DNA of 64,000 nt from assembly GCF_030028105.1 (NCBI RefSeq), contig NC_092381.1, positions 55,888,505 through 55,952,504 of the forward strand. Direction: 5' to 3'. Every line of letters starts with the position of its first letter. Within the stretch, counting starts at the first letter, position 1. Shown piece by piece: positions 52,250 through 64,000 of the stretch. This DNA is from Mobula birostris. Its lineage: Eukaryota. The translations under genes and the position numbers were made by a program. The notes below the pieces were generated by a model, which made no database searches, was not told the DNA's origin, and worked only from the letters and a program-made list of their open reading frames with translations.

Positions 52250-52969
52250 CTATTGTAAGAGCATACAGATATTAATTATTGACTATTTATAATTGTGCAA
52301 TATAATTCAGTGAATTATAGTACATTCATAAATGTTAACATCATGTTTGTGATTAATTGAAGTTTTGCCTGAAGAACTATGTATCCTTCTCAAACACCAT
52401 TGTGGAAGCATTATCACTTCAACAATTCCAGTAGTTTATAAGGAAAAATCACAACCTAGAGACACTGGAGAAGAGCATCATTCAGTAACTAAGCTCCCCC
52501 AATTCAGAATGGCAGACACAACTGGGGAGCAGGGGAGAAAACAGGGGTAGGAAGAGAAACATAGGGTCATTTAACAAAAACCAAGCTCCTCCGAAGCAAT
52601 AGCAGAGAAATACAAACATACAAGAATATCTTACATGGGTGGTGATGGAGGGGTGTTGGGTAGTCATTGCACTAAAACCCAGGTATGGACATGTAGCGGT
52701 GCCGATGCTATGATGTTGTCAGAAACTGCTCTATCCAAAATCACTGAACTACAGTTATAGGACAGTTTCAATCTGGGACTTAAGGGATTGTAGATGTGAC
52801 ATAACAGTAATTGGCTATTCTCTTAAACTAACTGGGCCGCCTTTAGGTCCAAAGCTTTTGTACAAATGGTCACAGTCACACAGTTGTGGAGCTTGATCAC
52901 TATCTTACAATACAGTTCTTTCCTCAACTCAGCCCTCCACCAATATTAGATACAGAGGAGTGTGTGGTG

Positions 52970-53400
52970 GTGTCACTGGTGACCCCTACATCCTCCCCCC
53001 CCCCACACACACAGTGTCCCAGTCACTGGGGGCCCTCAGTTCTATGCCCAGAGTATCCAGTTACTGGGGACCCCTGCCCTACACCCATCAAGACACCCAG
53101 TATGTTCACAGTCCTACACCCACACACAGTGTGTCCACAGTCACTGGGGACCCCTGCCCTACACCCACCCCCACAGTGCGTTCACAGTCACTGGGGATCC
53201 CTGCCCTACACTCATCCCCACATACAGTGCGTCCACAGTCACTGGGGACCCCTGCCCGACACTCATCCCCACACACAGTATGTCCACAGACCTACACACA
53301 CACAATGTGTCCACAGTCACTGGGGACCTCTGCCATACACTCATCCCCACACACAGCGCATCCACAGTCACTGGGGACCCCTGCCCTATACCCACACCCT
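52970..53400. repeat. Minisatellite, about 9 degenerate units of about 51 bp, in CZIB intron 2
   Basis: Unit approximately gtcactggggacccctgccctacactcatccccacacacagtgtgtccaca. Confidence 0.9.
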
Positions 53401-53441
53401 CCGTAAACATTTGCTCAGACACTCCCTTGTAGTCGCTCCAC

Positions 53442-53525
53442 CTTCAAGAACCAGCGGAAATCTTCTCCGTCCGGCTGCAGCTTACTGATATTTTCCAAAG
53501 TCGCTTTGAACTGGAGACCAAACTT
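53442..53525 (-). CDS. CZIB: CZIB exon 2
   Basis: tgcag|KFGLQFKATLENISKLQPDGEDFRWFLK|GTGGAG; 84 nt. Confidence 0.93.
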
Positions 53526-53607
53526 CTGCAAAAATAATCAATCTAAAATTAACCCAGTGACTAGAAATAAACATTATGCCACTGAAACCTCCGCAGACAT
53601 CACTCAC

Positions 53608-53613
53608 CCCCAT
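53608..53613 (-). CDS. CZIB: CXXC-motif zinc-binding protein (C1orf123), coding exon 1 (MG)
   Basis: gagATG GGG|GTGAGT in a CpG-rich patch, followed by an 82-nt intron to exon 2. Confidence 0.88.
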
Positions 53614-53760
53614 CTCTGGACTGCCATCGATTTACGGCCTGTTGGCGCAAAGTAATTGCGACAGTGCTGCCGCAGCGCCCCCTACACATCGGTGCTACCA
53701 CTGCAGTCAACTGCCCAGTTATTCACCCTGGACGACCATGATGTAGCTGTGTCATTAACT
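53614..53760 (-). promoter_or_regulatory. CZIB 5'UTR / promoter region
   Basis: CpG-enriched patch just upstream of the ATG, with TTGGCGC (E2F-like, 53642) and a CTCF-like core GCGCCCCCTAC (about 53675). Confidence 0.5.
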
Positions 53761-55884
53761 TTATTCCCACGTTTATAAGTAACCACAAGTAAAAATTCAC
53801 TGCATTTTAAGAAATATTTAAAAAAAACAACCGTAATAGGGCCTTCAGATGATGTTTCTTGTGATGGTATTCAATAAGACCTATGCCAGCTCTGACAACT
53901 ACCTGTCCCTCGATTCGTTGATTTGAAAAAAAACTATTGCGGTATCGAATATGATTCGCAACTGTCTCAGCAGCTGTTTACAGAGTAGCACTTTCCAAAG
54001 ATTAATTTCCCTTTGGATAAAGAAACTTTTTCTTTTTTTTCTCCGACAGCCATCTCCTTACTATGGTTCAGTAATTGCTGAATGCAGGAATCTAAACCCG
54101 AAAAAACACGAATCCTGTATTTCCCCCATAAAGACCCATATGAATTTTGTACATTTTAATGAGATCATTATTATTCTTTCTTAAATTGAGTAAAGGCCTA
54201 GCGGATTTAATTTCACAAACCCACTATTGCAGGTCGATTTGGTGAAGCTCCACCGAACTCAGACCTGTACACAATATTCTAGCCAAGGCTCCTAATTTGA
54301 GCACGATTTAACTGCTCCCAATAAACACTTTTAAAGAATATACCACTTCAATGACAGCACCATGACTTTATCCTGTAAAGCTTCTGGGGGAAACTTCTTT
54401 GCTACATTTAAAATATTCCACATAAATGCTTGTTAAAAAGCATGATTGCTAAACATTTGTTGCTAGTGGTATCACATGAAAATTATATAGCATTGTATAG
54501 ATAGAGGCAAAAAATGATATTATGGTTAAAATCAGAACAGAAATACTTCAGTTGGTGGAAATCCAAACTTAAAAAATCAGAAAATGCTCCAAACACTGAA
54601 ATCTGGCAGCATCCATGAAAACCCTCCCAACTCTGCTTGCAACTTAATCTTTATATGACATATCTCTGGACCAACAAATTTACTCCCTTTCCACAAATTT
54701 TGCCTGATTTGCTGATTGTTTTCAACAATTCCTGTTTTTAAAATCCTAACGACCGGGGCAATAGACTTGAAGTGTTAGATGGCCCACACCTTCCCCTATT
54801 GTTACCTACATAGCACTCAGTTTATAATAGGGTGATATTTCTTGGGTCCTTTATTCCTATACATTCTCTATGAGATTCATTTCAAATGAACTAAGTGACA
54901 CACAAGAACCAAGGTCTGAGCCCAAGTATTCAATGGTGTCGTCAAAGTTTACATGACATTTGTTATGCCTCAAATAATACAGGACTGAAATCACCTTGGC
55001 ATACCTGAAGCTTCTAAAAAAAAATCCAACTTTCCACTACACCTCATAGCTATAACACTGGGTAGTTTTCAGACCTCAAGAAAATGGTCTGGTGTAATCA
55101 TACATCCAAATAAACTTTTAATATAGCTACCTTCTCTTGCACATTATCCAAAAATGTGCACAAACTTCCAGAGTAAAATTTTTAAAACAAATGGGAAAAT
55201 GAACCATGAAAATAATTTAACAAAGCACAGCAATTCCTCGAGTAAACATTGGGCATTAAAAATACTATGGAGGGAAAAAAATTCTTAGAAGTATAAGGTA
55301 TTGCGGAGATAAATAGAAAAGAAACTAATGAAAATAAGTATTCTTCAAGATTTTAATTATTCCTATCATATTGACAAACATCCAGCCAGAGCAATCATAT
55401 TCTTTCCGCTGACAGACATTCCTGATGTTGATCCGGTGTTGCTGGTAAGGCAAAGCATCTTCAGTAATGGAAATTCAGGAAGTGGACCCAATCCTTTCAA
55501 TCAGGAGTATTTTTTAAAAATATAAAAAAACATACAATTGTCTGCAGTTAAAATGATACCCAACCTCTAATCTTGGCTTCATACTATCCTCTAATCACAA
55601 AACTGTATAAAGACTCGGGTGGCATGTTTCATAAAAGCTGTTATATACTCCAAAACAGCTTTTTTGTTTTGGATTAACAAAACAAATGCTATCTTCGTTA
55701 GTATTTGCTAACAAATGCTTTCTTGATTAATAAAATTATTTAAAGGTCTGGACAAAAATATGTTGGCTTGCCTGCTGAGGTGTCATTGAACCTTTAGAGA
55801 TACATTATGAAATAGCAATACCGTTTAGTGACTTCTTTAATTCTTTAAAAGTGAACTTCCAGCAGCAAACAAATGTAAATGACA

Positions 55885-55890
55885 TTTATT
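55885..55890 (-). terminator. Candidate MAGOH polyadenylation signal
   Basis: AATAAA on the minus strand about 200 nt after the stop. Confidence 0.55.
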
Positions 55891-56093
55891 TTAATATAAA
55901 AAGTAATAGTTTATAAAGATGGAATTATTTATATTCACATTAAAAAAAATTACCAAATCCACAATCCACATTAGACAAAGTTAGTTCCTGTAACAAAGAG
56001 TCACCCCAAGCCAATTATTACTATCCCTTATTTCCCCAACCACCCACTTCAATCCATCCCTAAATCCATCTTCCTTGTGTGGACATCAAATTC

Positions 56094-56193
56094 TTAGATG
56101 GGCTTGATCTTGAAATGTAGCCCGATGAGACTGAAAACTAGGCATTTCAAGTCCTGTACCAGGTAGTAGAATACTCGAAGACCCTCCGGATCC
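56094..56193 (-). CDS. MAGOH: Mago nashi homolog (exon junction complex core), last coding exon
   Basis: ttctag|[36 protein letters not shown], the near-invariant Mago C-terminus; 100 nt. Confidence 0.97.
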
Positions 56194-56590
56194 CTAGAAG
56201 TAAACATATATTTTGTTCCATTTAAGAAAAGCATTGCCAGTAGAATAACTTAAAACAAACTAGCAGATTTCTACCTAATGTTCTGTGCAAAGGTAAAATA
56301 TATCATCTAAATTATCAGTTATTTATTCCATCAGATCACGTCCTCTTCTTTCTTAAAAATACTGACTTATTCTGGAATGCATGAGTGAAGGCACTGACTT
56401 CTTTCTCTGCATCTCATTAAAGCCCCCATCCTTCAAATGCTTATTTTAATTTAATCAACTACTTACATGACAAGCCTAAACTTGTCTTAGATGTAGGAGC
56501 TTTTTTTTAAGAAGTGGTGTTAATAATGAATTTTCTATAGAATGATGGAGGAGCGATCAATAACAAGCAACCCTACCATTTTGGTTACTG

Positions 56591-57225
56591 CCCGCCAGAG
56601 AAAGCAGGATCTCCAGGAGACCACACATTTTAATTCCACGTCCCATTCCCATTCTGATATGTCTATCCACGGCCTCCTCTACTGTCAAGATGAAGCCACA
56701 CTCAGGTTGGAGGAACAACACCTTATATTCCGTCTGGGTAGCCTCCAACCTGATGGCATGAACACTGACTTCTCCAACTTCCGCTAATGCCCCACCTCCC
56801 CCTTGTACCCCATCCACTATTTATTTATTTATATACACACATTCTTTTTCCTCTCTCTCCTTTTTCTCCCTCTGTCCCTCTCACTACACCCCTTGCCCAT
56901 CCTCTAGGCTTCCCCCCCTCCCCCTTTTCCTTCTCCCTGGGCCTCCTGTCCCATGATCCTCTCGTATCCCTTTTGCCAATCAACTGTCCAGCTCCTGGCT
57001 CCATCCCTCCCCCTCCTGTCTTCTCCTATCATTTCGGATCTCCCCCTCTCCCTCCCACTTCCAAATCTCTTACTAGCTCTTCTTTCAGTTAGTCCTGACG
57101 AAGGGTCTTGGCCCAAAACGTCGACTGTACCTCTTCCTAGAGATGCTGCCTGGCCTGTTGCGTTCACCAGCAACTTTTATGTGTGTTGCTTTAAATTCTA
57201 GCATTTGCAGACTTCCTCGTGTTTG
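56591..57225 (+). mobile_element. Penelope-derived element in the last MAGOH intron
   Basis: Near-identical to 25751-26379 and flanked by the 14-bp direct repeat cattttggttactg. The hammerhead core at 57091-57126 has GAAA mutated to AAAA. Confidence 0.88.
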
Positions 57226-57252
57226 CATTTTGGTTACTGACTTGTTTTAGAA

Positions 57253-59369
57253 TAGTGGTTCCTAAAGTGGGCAATCCAAGTTTCTCAGGAGGCTGCCAAT
57301 CAGTAGCAAGGGGAGGGGATTAATTTAAGAAACAAATTACTTTGAACACAAGCTCAATGTTTTCAATCAACATTGGGGTAGGTGAGATTCATTTCCTTTG
57401 GAGAGATTGGGTTAAATCGAGCCACAGCAACAATGTGATGACGTAAGCAGCATCACTGGAGAGCAGCAAATCCATTGCCAAAGTTGCATGTGGCAGCAGA
57501 AACAGGATTGGTTGGTATTAACATAACCAGGGAAGTTGATGAGGTTATAGACCAGCGCAGGGACAGGAGGGTGAGAGACAGTAAGAGAGGGGAAGGCTGT
57601 AATTACATATTAAAGGTATGATTTTGTCACTAAAGGACTCTGAAAAGGAACAGGGGTGACAGGGGTTGTGGGGTACAATCAGAGGCCCCGGTGCAAGAGG
57701 CTGTGATGGTTTGCATGCTTCATACAACATTTCAATGCTCATTGCTAAATCTGGAATGCCTCATTCAATTGGAGAAGATCTAATTCTGTCAGCAGTAAGG
57801 GAGGTTCTGAGTACGGTTTTGCATAAGTCAACAGCCCAAATAATTAAAGTGATTCTGGTCAATGACAACTCAGTTAAGAGACGAATAGATGGAATATCTG
57901 AGAATGGGAAGACACATTGTGCAACGTACCTAGGACAACAGAATTTGCTCTGCAATTGGAAGAGTCAATTTAACAAGGAATGAATCTTTGCTTCTTGGAT
58001 ATGCTCACTTCATTAAAGATGAAGAGTTGCTATTTTCAAGGGGATGTCAAAGGGGACATTCCACACACCAACATTCTTGCTTGTACAACAGATGAAGCAC
58101 TGATGACAGGAGCCAGCGTGGGGTTATTACTTTCTTGAAAAAAAAAGCTGTACCCAATATATTTACCATTTATGAGGTAATTCACAGAGAACACCTTGCT
58201 GCAAAAAAAATCTAAGTAATCAGCCACATAAATCATTAAATACTGTTATCACAGCGGTAAATAAAATCAAGTCCCATGCTTTCAATTCTTAACCATTTTG
58301 AGAGCCTTGTATTGAGAATGATAAACAGTTTGAAGGTTTGCTATTGCACACAGAAGTCAGATGGCTCTCAAAAACTGCTGTGATACTTCATGCACACTTG
58401 AAACTGATAAAGTTATTTGAAGACTCAAATACTTAATTAAGTAATCAACTTAAGAATATTAGGCATGACATTGTTTATTTGTCAGAATTATTTGCAGAGT
58501 ATAATTAAATCAACTTTCAACTGCAAGGGAATGATGTGAATCTTATCAAAGTTAAATCAGTCATCTCTGCATTTCTGTCCAAGTTAACCATATTTAAGTG
58601 CAACATTAGCCATTGTGATCCTTTCCAATATTTGAGCCGATCTGAGTTGGAAGAGAAAGAAAGATGATGATCTTTAAGTGTACTGTGCCCACCTGGGTGA
58701 ACTCCATAAAAACAAGTCAGAGAGATTGCAGGATCTTCCAAACTTCAGAATAGGTAATAATCCATTTCTTAACATTTGTAATGAACAATTAACAGGAAGG
58801 ATGGAAGAAGAATTCATCTTGCTACAAAATAACTGAGCTGAAGCCAAGGTTCAAAAAAATTATATCAAGACTCTTGGTGGCATAAAAAAGACTCTGAACA
58901 CTATACTACACTGTGGAAAAAGGTCAAGATGTTCTTATTTAGTGAAGAGCAGTTTTAGTGTAGTTGCCCGACTTCTTTAAAAGCAATGAAACAGACTGCA
59001 AATTGCTAAACATGGGGATCTGAGACTCCATCTGAGTGACATTCAGTCTGATGATCAGAAGCTGATATCGCTGCACCTAGCTCATCCATCTCATTGAAAC
59101 ATGAAAGAGTAATGAAGTAGTGAATAGTTGGACTAATAATATACACACTCAAATTGTTGATGAAATTTGTTTTTACTTTTCTTTGTAGCTTTAAATAGAT
59201 TTGAATAATATTTTGAAATTATTTGTCACTGCTTTGAATTTACAGTTCCTATTTTCTTTCAGTGCATCATAAATCAAAATTGTACAGTTTTTTTATGCAA
59301 TAGTCAGAAAGGGTGTAGGGGGCACTGGGAGTCAAGGAGGCAGTAACCCAAAAAGTTTAGGAACTTCTG
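57253..59369 (+). mobile_element. hAT (Charlie/Buster-like) DNA transposon, decayed
   Basis: Ends tagtggttcctaaa / tttaggaacttctg. Transposase remnants ASYNISMLIAKSGMPHSIGEDLIL and LLLHTEVRWLS. TSD not convincing. Confidence 0.8.
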
Positions 59370-59447
59370 TTTCCTCAATAAAGTAATACATTGTTGCCTA
59401 TACCATTTTTAATAGATTTTCTCCAACCTTATCAAAGATACACTTAC

Positions 59448-59530
59448 TTGGATTGGTTAACATCAATTAAAGAGCCAATCTTAGATGTTGTAAATGAAAT
59501 ATGTTCATCTCCTATTACAATTTCCAGTTC
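59448..59530 (-). CDS. MAGOH: MAGOH penultimate coding exon; upstream exons not found, presumably beyond the window end
   Basis: aacag|ELEIVIGDEHISFTTSKIGSLIDVNQS AA|GTAAGT; 83 nt. Confidence 0.97.
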
Positions 59531-60884
59531 CTGTTATAAACAAAATATGAAAATGGACAATTATTTATGCATGTTTCACAAGATCATTTTAATTGCTAAA
59601 GTTGGTTGATGTATTTCATTGGCCACTACAATAGTCACATGCAATCAATCAATATAGAAAAGATGCAGACATAATGGCTTTTTGAAACTGCAGAATTAAA
59701 GTGACAGTTGTTGCAACATTAATCCTGTATCCCAGTGCCATTATTACCTAAACTACCTGACTATTGAATTAATCGATATCTGTTTGCACTATATTCTCAA
59801 GGAGTCCCTTTCACAGACTCCTTTACTGATAAAAAAAAGTTTTTAAATATTAGATTTCAATATAAGGTTTCAATCATTCCAGTATTTATCTTGTACTGTG
59901 ACCATCAGAAAAAATACACAATGGAATCAAAATAATAAGCTGCATGAGCAGAATAACTCAATATTAGACCACAAGACATAGGAAGAGAATTAGGCCATTT
60001 GACCCACCAAGTCTGCTCTGCCACTCAACCAAGGCTGATTTATTCTCCCTCTCAATTCCATTGTCCTACCTTTTCCCCATAACCATACATGCCCTTATAC
60101 CTCCACTTTGAATATACCTCATTACTTGACCCCTACAGCCAGTGGCAATGAATTCCAGAGATTCACTACCCTCTGGCTAAGCATTGTGGCTCTATAGTGA
60201 CAATTTAATATAATCACTCTTACACTTAACTACTGCCTCGCACTACTAGGGAAATTTCAATTTAAACCAGAATCTCAGATCTCTAACCTCAGTTCATATT
60301 GTTTCTTGTTATCTTCAATAACTTGAACTGATAGTGCATCTTTAAAAAGTTCCAAATAACTTGGGTAACATAACAAAGCATGCAAGAAACTGGAGAGATG
60401 AAGAGAAATGCAGAAGTTTGGGGAACTAATTCCACAGACTATGAATCTTAGTTCAATGATTTGAGGACAAGAAATCACATGCAGACCATCAAAAACAGGT
60501 ATAAAGAGCAATCTGAAATTGAGGTGAAGCAACAGGATGGGTGCTCTGAGTAGATTTACATTTGTGGTGAGCACATTGTTGTAGTTAAACCTTAAAGTGG
60601 CAAAAGAAAAATACTCGCACAGATGGTCTGCAATGCAGTGAAGGTGTTACAGTTTATCACTAAGGAGTCTGACACATAGCATGGAGGTGAATTGTTACTT
60701 TCTCTCCCAACAGAAGAACACCAAGGCTAAATGTAGCAATCACACTCAATAACTGATGTTAATAATGAACAAAGACTGTTGAACACATACCTTAATTGCA
60801 AATTATGCTATACCTGTACCTCTAGGAAACCATTGATCATGTGCTTTTAAATACCTTGTACACCTATACTGTATGTAGGATCCT

Positions 60885-61545
60885 TAAGGTTGTCATAGCT
60901 GGGGGAGGTAATGGGGATAATCTCCCACTACCTCTACTAGCCAGAGGGTAGTGAATCTCTGGAATTCATTGCCACTGGCTGTAGGGGTCAAGCAATTGGG
61001 TATATTCAAAGTGGAGGGTGAAATGCTTCCAATGGTGTGTGACTCAAATAGCCTCTGACTACCAAGTCCAGCTTCAGACTCTCACGTGTGGCTCAGCTAC
61101 TCAGCATGGTGGAACCGTTACTACTGACCAGAGAAGGGCCAAAAGCAGGTTACTGGCACCTTCAAACCACTCGCTTTAGGCAGATGGGGTTCATCAACTG
61201 ACGTTAACAGTTCATCTAGAAGGAAATTTCTTACCTCAAACCTCTGTTTCCTTGTGACTATACCCACTCATGAGGAAGGTTTCAGAGTAAATCCTGAGGA
61301 AAAATCTGGGGCTGTATTCCTTAAGATAGTCCTACGTTAGTTCAACACTGACTGGCAACTCCTGCAATGCTGCTGATGCGAAACTGAATTTGGTCTCTGT
61401 GTCCCTTTGGATTCATCAGCTGCGTGGAAAGGGGGAGCATCCTACATGGGCAACAGCTTGTTCTTCATATGGTACTGCCCTGGCTTGCATATCATGTAGA
61501 CACTGGTACACAACATCCATGGCTGACCCTAAACAACAGAGGGCC
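60885..61545 (+). mobile_element. Old non-autonomous retroelement, probably RTE-related
   Basis: Resembles RTE-type 5'UTR and tail sequence, with a 3' end catccatggctgaccctaaacaacag. Family assignment is recalled, not aligned. Confidence 0.45.
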
Positions 61546-62614
61546 TCTACATCTTTGTATTATTTATGGTGGGACCCACTATAACAATCAAAATTGAGAT
61601 AATTAAAAGTATGCTTGATATCATATTTAAAATGTTGCCTCTTAGATATAGATATTAATTGTATAAATTTATGTATTATAAAATATCAACAGTGCATTTT
61701 TGGTGGAGCCCAAAACATAATTGTTTCAGTTTTACTTATGCTGATTTGGAAATTGTTGACTATCTGTCAGTCAAAGGACAACATCTACATAGAGCAGAAA
61801 ATCAGCATAAGTGAAGGACAGATGAGGTTGCATGCAACTGATGCATGTCTAAAGGCCAACTTTAAAGCTATTGAGATGGTGTCAGTAGAGGCAAAAATAA
61901 ATAAGTGAAATTGGAAGGAGAAAACACTGATTCATTATTGTCACACGTATCGAAAAAATTTTGTCCGCATGCCATCCATACTTAAGTAATAAAAAGAAAA
62001 CAATGCCGAATACAGAATGTAGCGGCTACAGATAAAATGCAGTGCAGGTAACAAACAAAGTGAAAGGGCCACAAAGAGATAAATTGGGAAACCACAAATT
62101 CATCTTTGGCATATTCTGTTCACAAATCAAGTAATTGCAGGATAAAAGCAGTCCTTGAGTCTGATAGTACATGGATCGTTGAAGAGTGGGCCAATGTTTA
62201 GTGCTAAATGCACAAATCATCATTGCTCTGAGAAGATTTCTGTGCATAAAGGACCTTTCATGATTTCAGTGCATTCCAAAGTGCTCTATGGAAGTTGATG
62301 TAGTTTAATGGTTTTACTCATTAAAAAAAAATCAATAATAGAATGCTGTTCGACAAAGCTGCATTAAAGCGTATCATGCAAAAGCTAAAAAAAATTCCAG
62401 ATTCTGGAACTAAACACAGAAAATATTGAGAATATTTAGTATGCAGGCAGCCTCTGATGAACTGACATTGATATGGGATAGTAACACAAAGCAGATGCTG
62501 CCTGGCATGCCGTTTTTATTTAACATAGTTCGTGTCTGATAAATTGACTAGTGGTGCATTTACAGCAATGCAGTCATCAATTATTTTTTCATATTTGGTT
62601 AGTTTTTAGGGAAG

Positions 62615-64000
62615 GAATAGAACATAGAATAGTACAGCACAGTACAGGCCCTTCAGCCCACAATGTGTGCCCACCCTCAAACCCTTCTCCCATATAACCC
62701 CCCACCTAAAATTCCTCCTCACGACTCTTAAATTCTATCCCTCGAATGATGAAAGCTAACACCCCATAAGCTTTCTTAACTACTCTATCTACCTGTGAAG
62801 CAACTTTCAGGGATCTGTGCACATGTACCCCCAGATCCCTCTGCTCCTCCACACTACCATGTATCCTGCCATTTACTTTATACTCTGTCTTGGAGTTTGT
62901 CCTTCCAAAGTGTACCACCTCACACTTCTCCGGGTCGAACTCCATCTGCCACTTCCCAGCCTACTTCCGCATCCTATCAATCTCTCTCTACAATCTTCAA
63001 CAATCCTCTACACTAGCTACACCACCACCAACCTTTGTGTCATCTGCAAACTTGCCAACCCACCCTTCTACCCCCACATCCAGGTAGTTAATAAAAATCA
63101 TGAAAAGTAGAGGTCCCAGAACCGATCCTTGTGGGACAGCACTAGTCACAACCCTCCAATCTGAATGTACTCCCTCCACCACCACCCTCTGCCTTCTGCA
63201 GGCAAGCCAATTCTGAATCCACCTGGCCAAACTTCCCTGGATCCCATGCCATCTGACTTTCTGAATAAGCCTACCGTGTGGAACCTTGTCAAATGCCTGA
63301 CTAAAATCCATGTAGATCACATACACTGCACTACACTCATCTATATGCCTGGTCACCTCCTCAAAGAACTCTATCAGGCTTGTTAGACAGGATCTGTCCT
63401 TCACAAAGCCATGCTGACTGTCCCTGATCAGACCATGGTTCTCTAAATGCCCACAGATCCTATCTATAAGAATCTTTTCCAACAGCTTTCCCACCACAGA
63501 CGTAAGGCTCACTGGTCTATAATTACCTGGACTATCCCTACTACCTTTTTTGAACAAGGGGACAACATTCGCCTCCCTCCAATCCTCCGATGCCATTCCC
63601 GTGGACAACGAAGACATAAAGATCCTAGCCAGAGGCTCAGCAATCTCTTCCCATCTTGTGGAGCAGCCTGGGGAATATTCCGTCAGGCCCCGGGGACTTA
63701 TCTGTCCTAATGTATTTTAACAACTCCAACACCTCCTCTTTCTTAATATCAACATGCTCCAGAACATCAACCTTACTCATATTGTCCTCACCGCCATCAA
63801 GTTCCTTCTCATTGCTGAATACCGAAGAGAAGTATTCATTGATGACCTCGCTCACTTCCACAGCCTCCAGGCACATCTTCCCACACTTATCTCTATGCGG
63901 TCCTACCTTCACTCCTGTAATCCTTTTGTTCTTCACATAATTGAAGAATGCCTTGGTGTTTTCCTTTACCCTACTCGCTAAGGCCTTCTCATGCCCCCTT
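62615..64000 (-). mobile_element. CR1 LINE with an internal deletion, running off the window
   Basis: Encodes [32 protein letters not shown] and KFADD; (TTCTA)n tail. Confidence 0.9.

Noticed and set aside
52970-53400. CRISPR-like array, or V(D)J recombination signals (CACAGTG)
   Set aside because: Whole units are degenerate copies with no unique spacers, and there is no ACAAAAACC nonamer at 12 or 23 nt.
52886-53488. 200-aa His/Pro/Cys-rich ORF as a real gene
   Set aside because: It is the translation of a 51-bp minisatellite, has a non-ATG start and is antisense to CZIB.
57091-57126. Fourth functional hammerhead
   Set aside because: The core GAAA is mutated to AAAA and it is antisense to MAGOH. 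Copies near 12170-12210 and 19810-19850 are also decayed.
57666-59100. ZBED/SCAND3-like domesticated transposase gene
   Set aside because: It has multiple stops and frameshifts and still lies within transposon ends.
61040-61135. HDV-like ribozyme in the old element (TCTCACGTG and CTGA motifs)
   Set aside because: Too decayed to establish the P1-P4 pairings from this copy.

Overview
This is vertebrate genomic DNA, most likely from a cartilaginous fish (ray or shark). That inference comes from the repeat content: a V-domain/HE1-like SINE, plus CR1, Rex1/Babar, RTE, Penelope, Tc1 and hAT elements. Four spliced genes can be rebuilt exon by exon with canonical GT-AG sites: the 5' end of SLC1A7/EAAT5 (minus strand, exons 1-2), complete CPT2 (plus, 5 exons, 679 aa), complete CZIB/C1orf123 (minus, 8 exons, 160 aa) and the last two exons of MAGOH (minus). 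Gene order and orientation match human 1p32.3. Most of the rest is transposon debris, often nested, and most short ORFs in the supplied track are TE fragments or antisense noise. The most notable items are minimal hammerhead ribozymes in Penelope-derived inverted repeats flanking CPT2 exon 3, an Ala at the CPT2 position equivalent to human Gly549, and a twin-primed RTE LINE inside a hAT transposon. Also notable are an unclassified 320-bp TG...CA insertion, a structured 5' end (candidate ribozyme) on an RTE-derived element, a G-run minisatellite behind a weak CZIB donor, back-to-back CPT2/CZIB poly(A) signals and a local templated inverted duplication. I found no convincing wholly new multi-gene system. 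Exon coordinates were counted exactly; many repeat boundaries are approximate.
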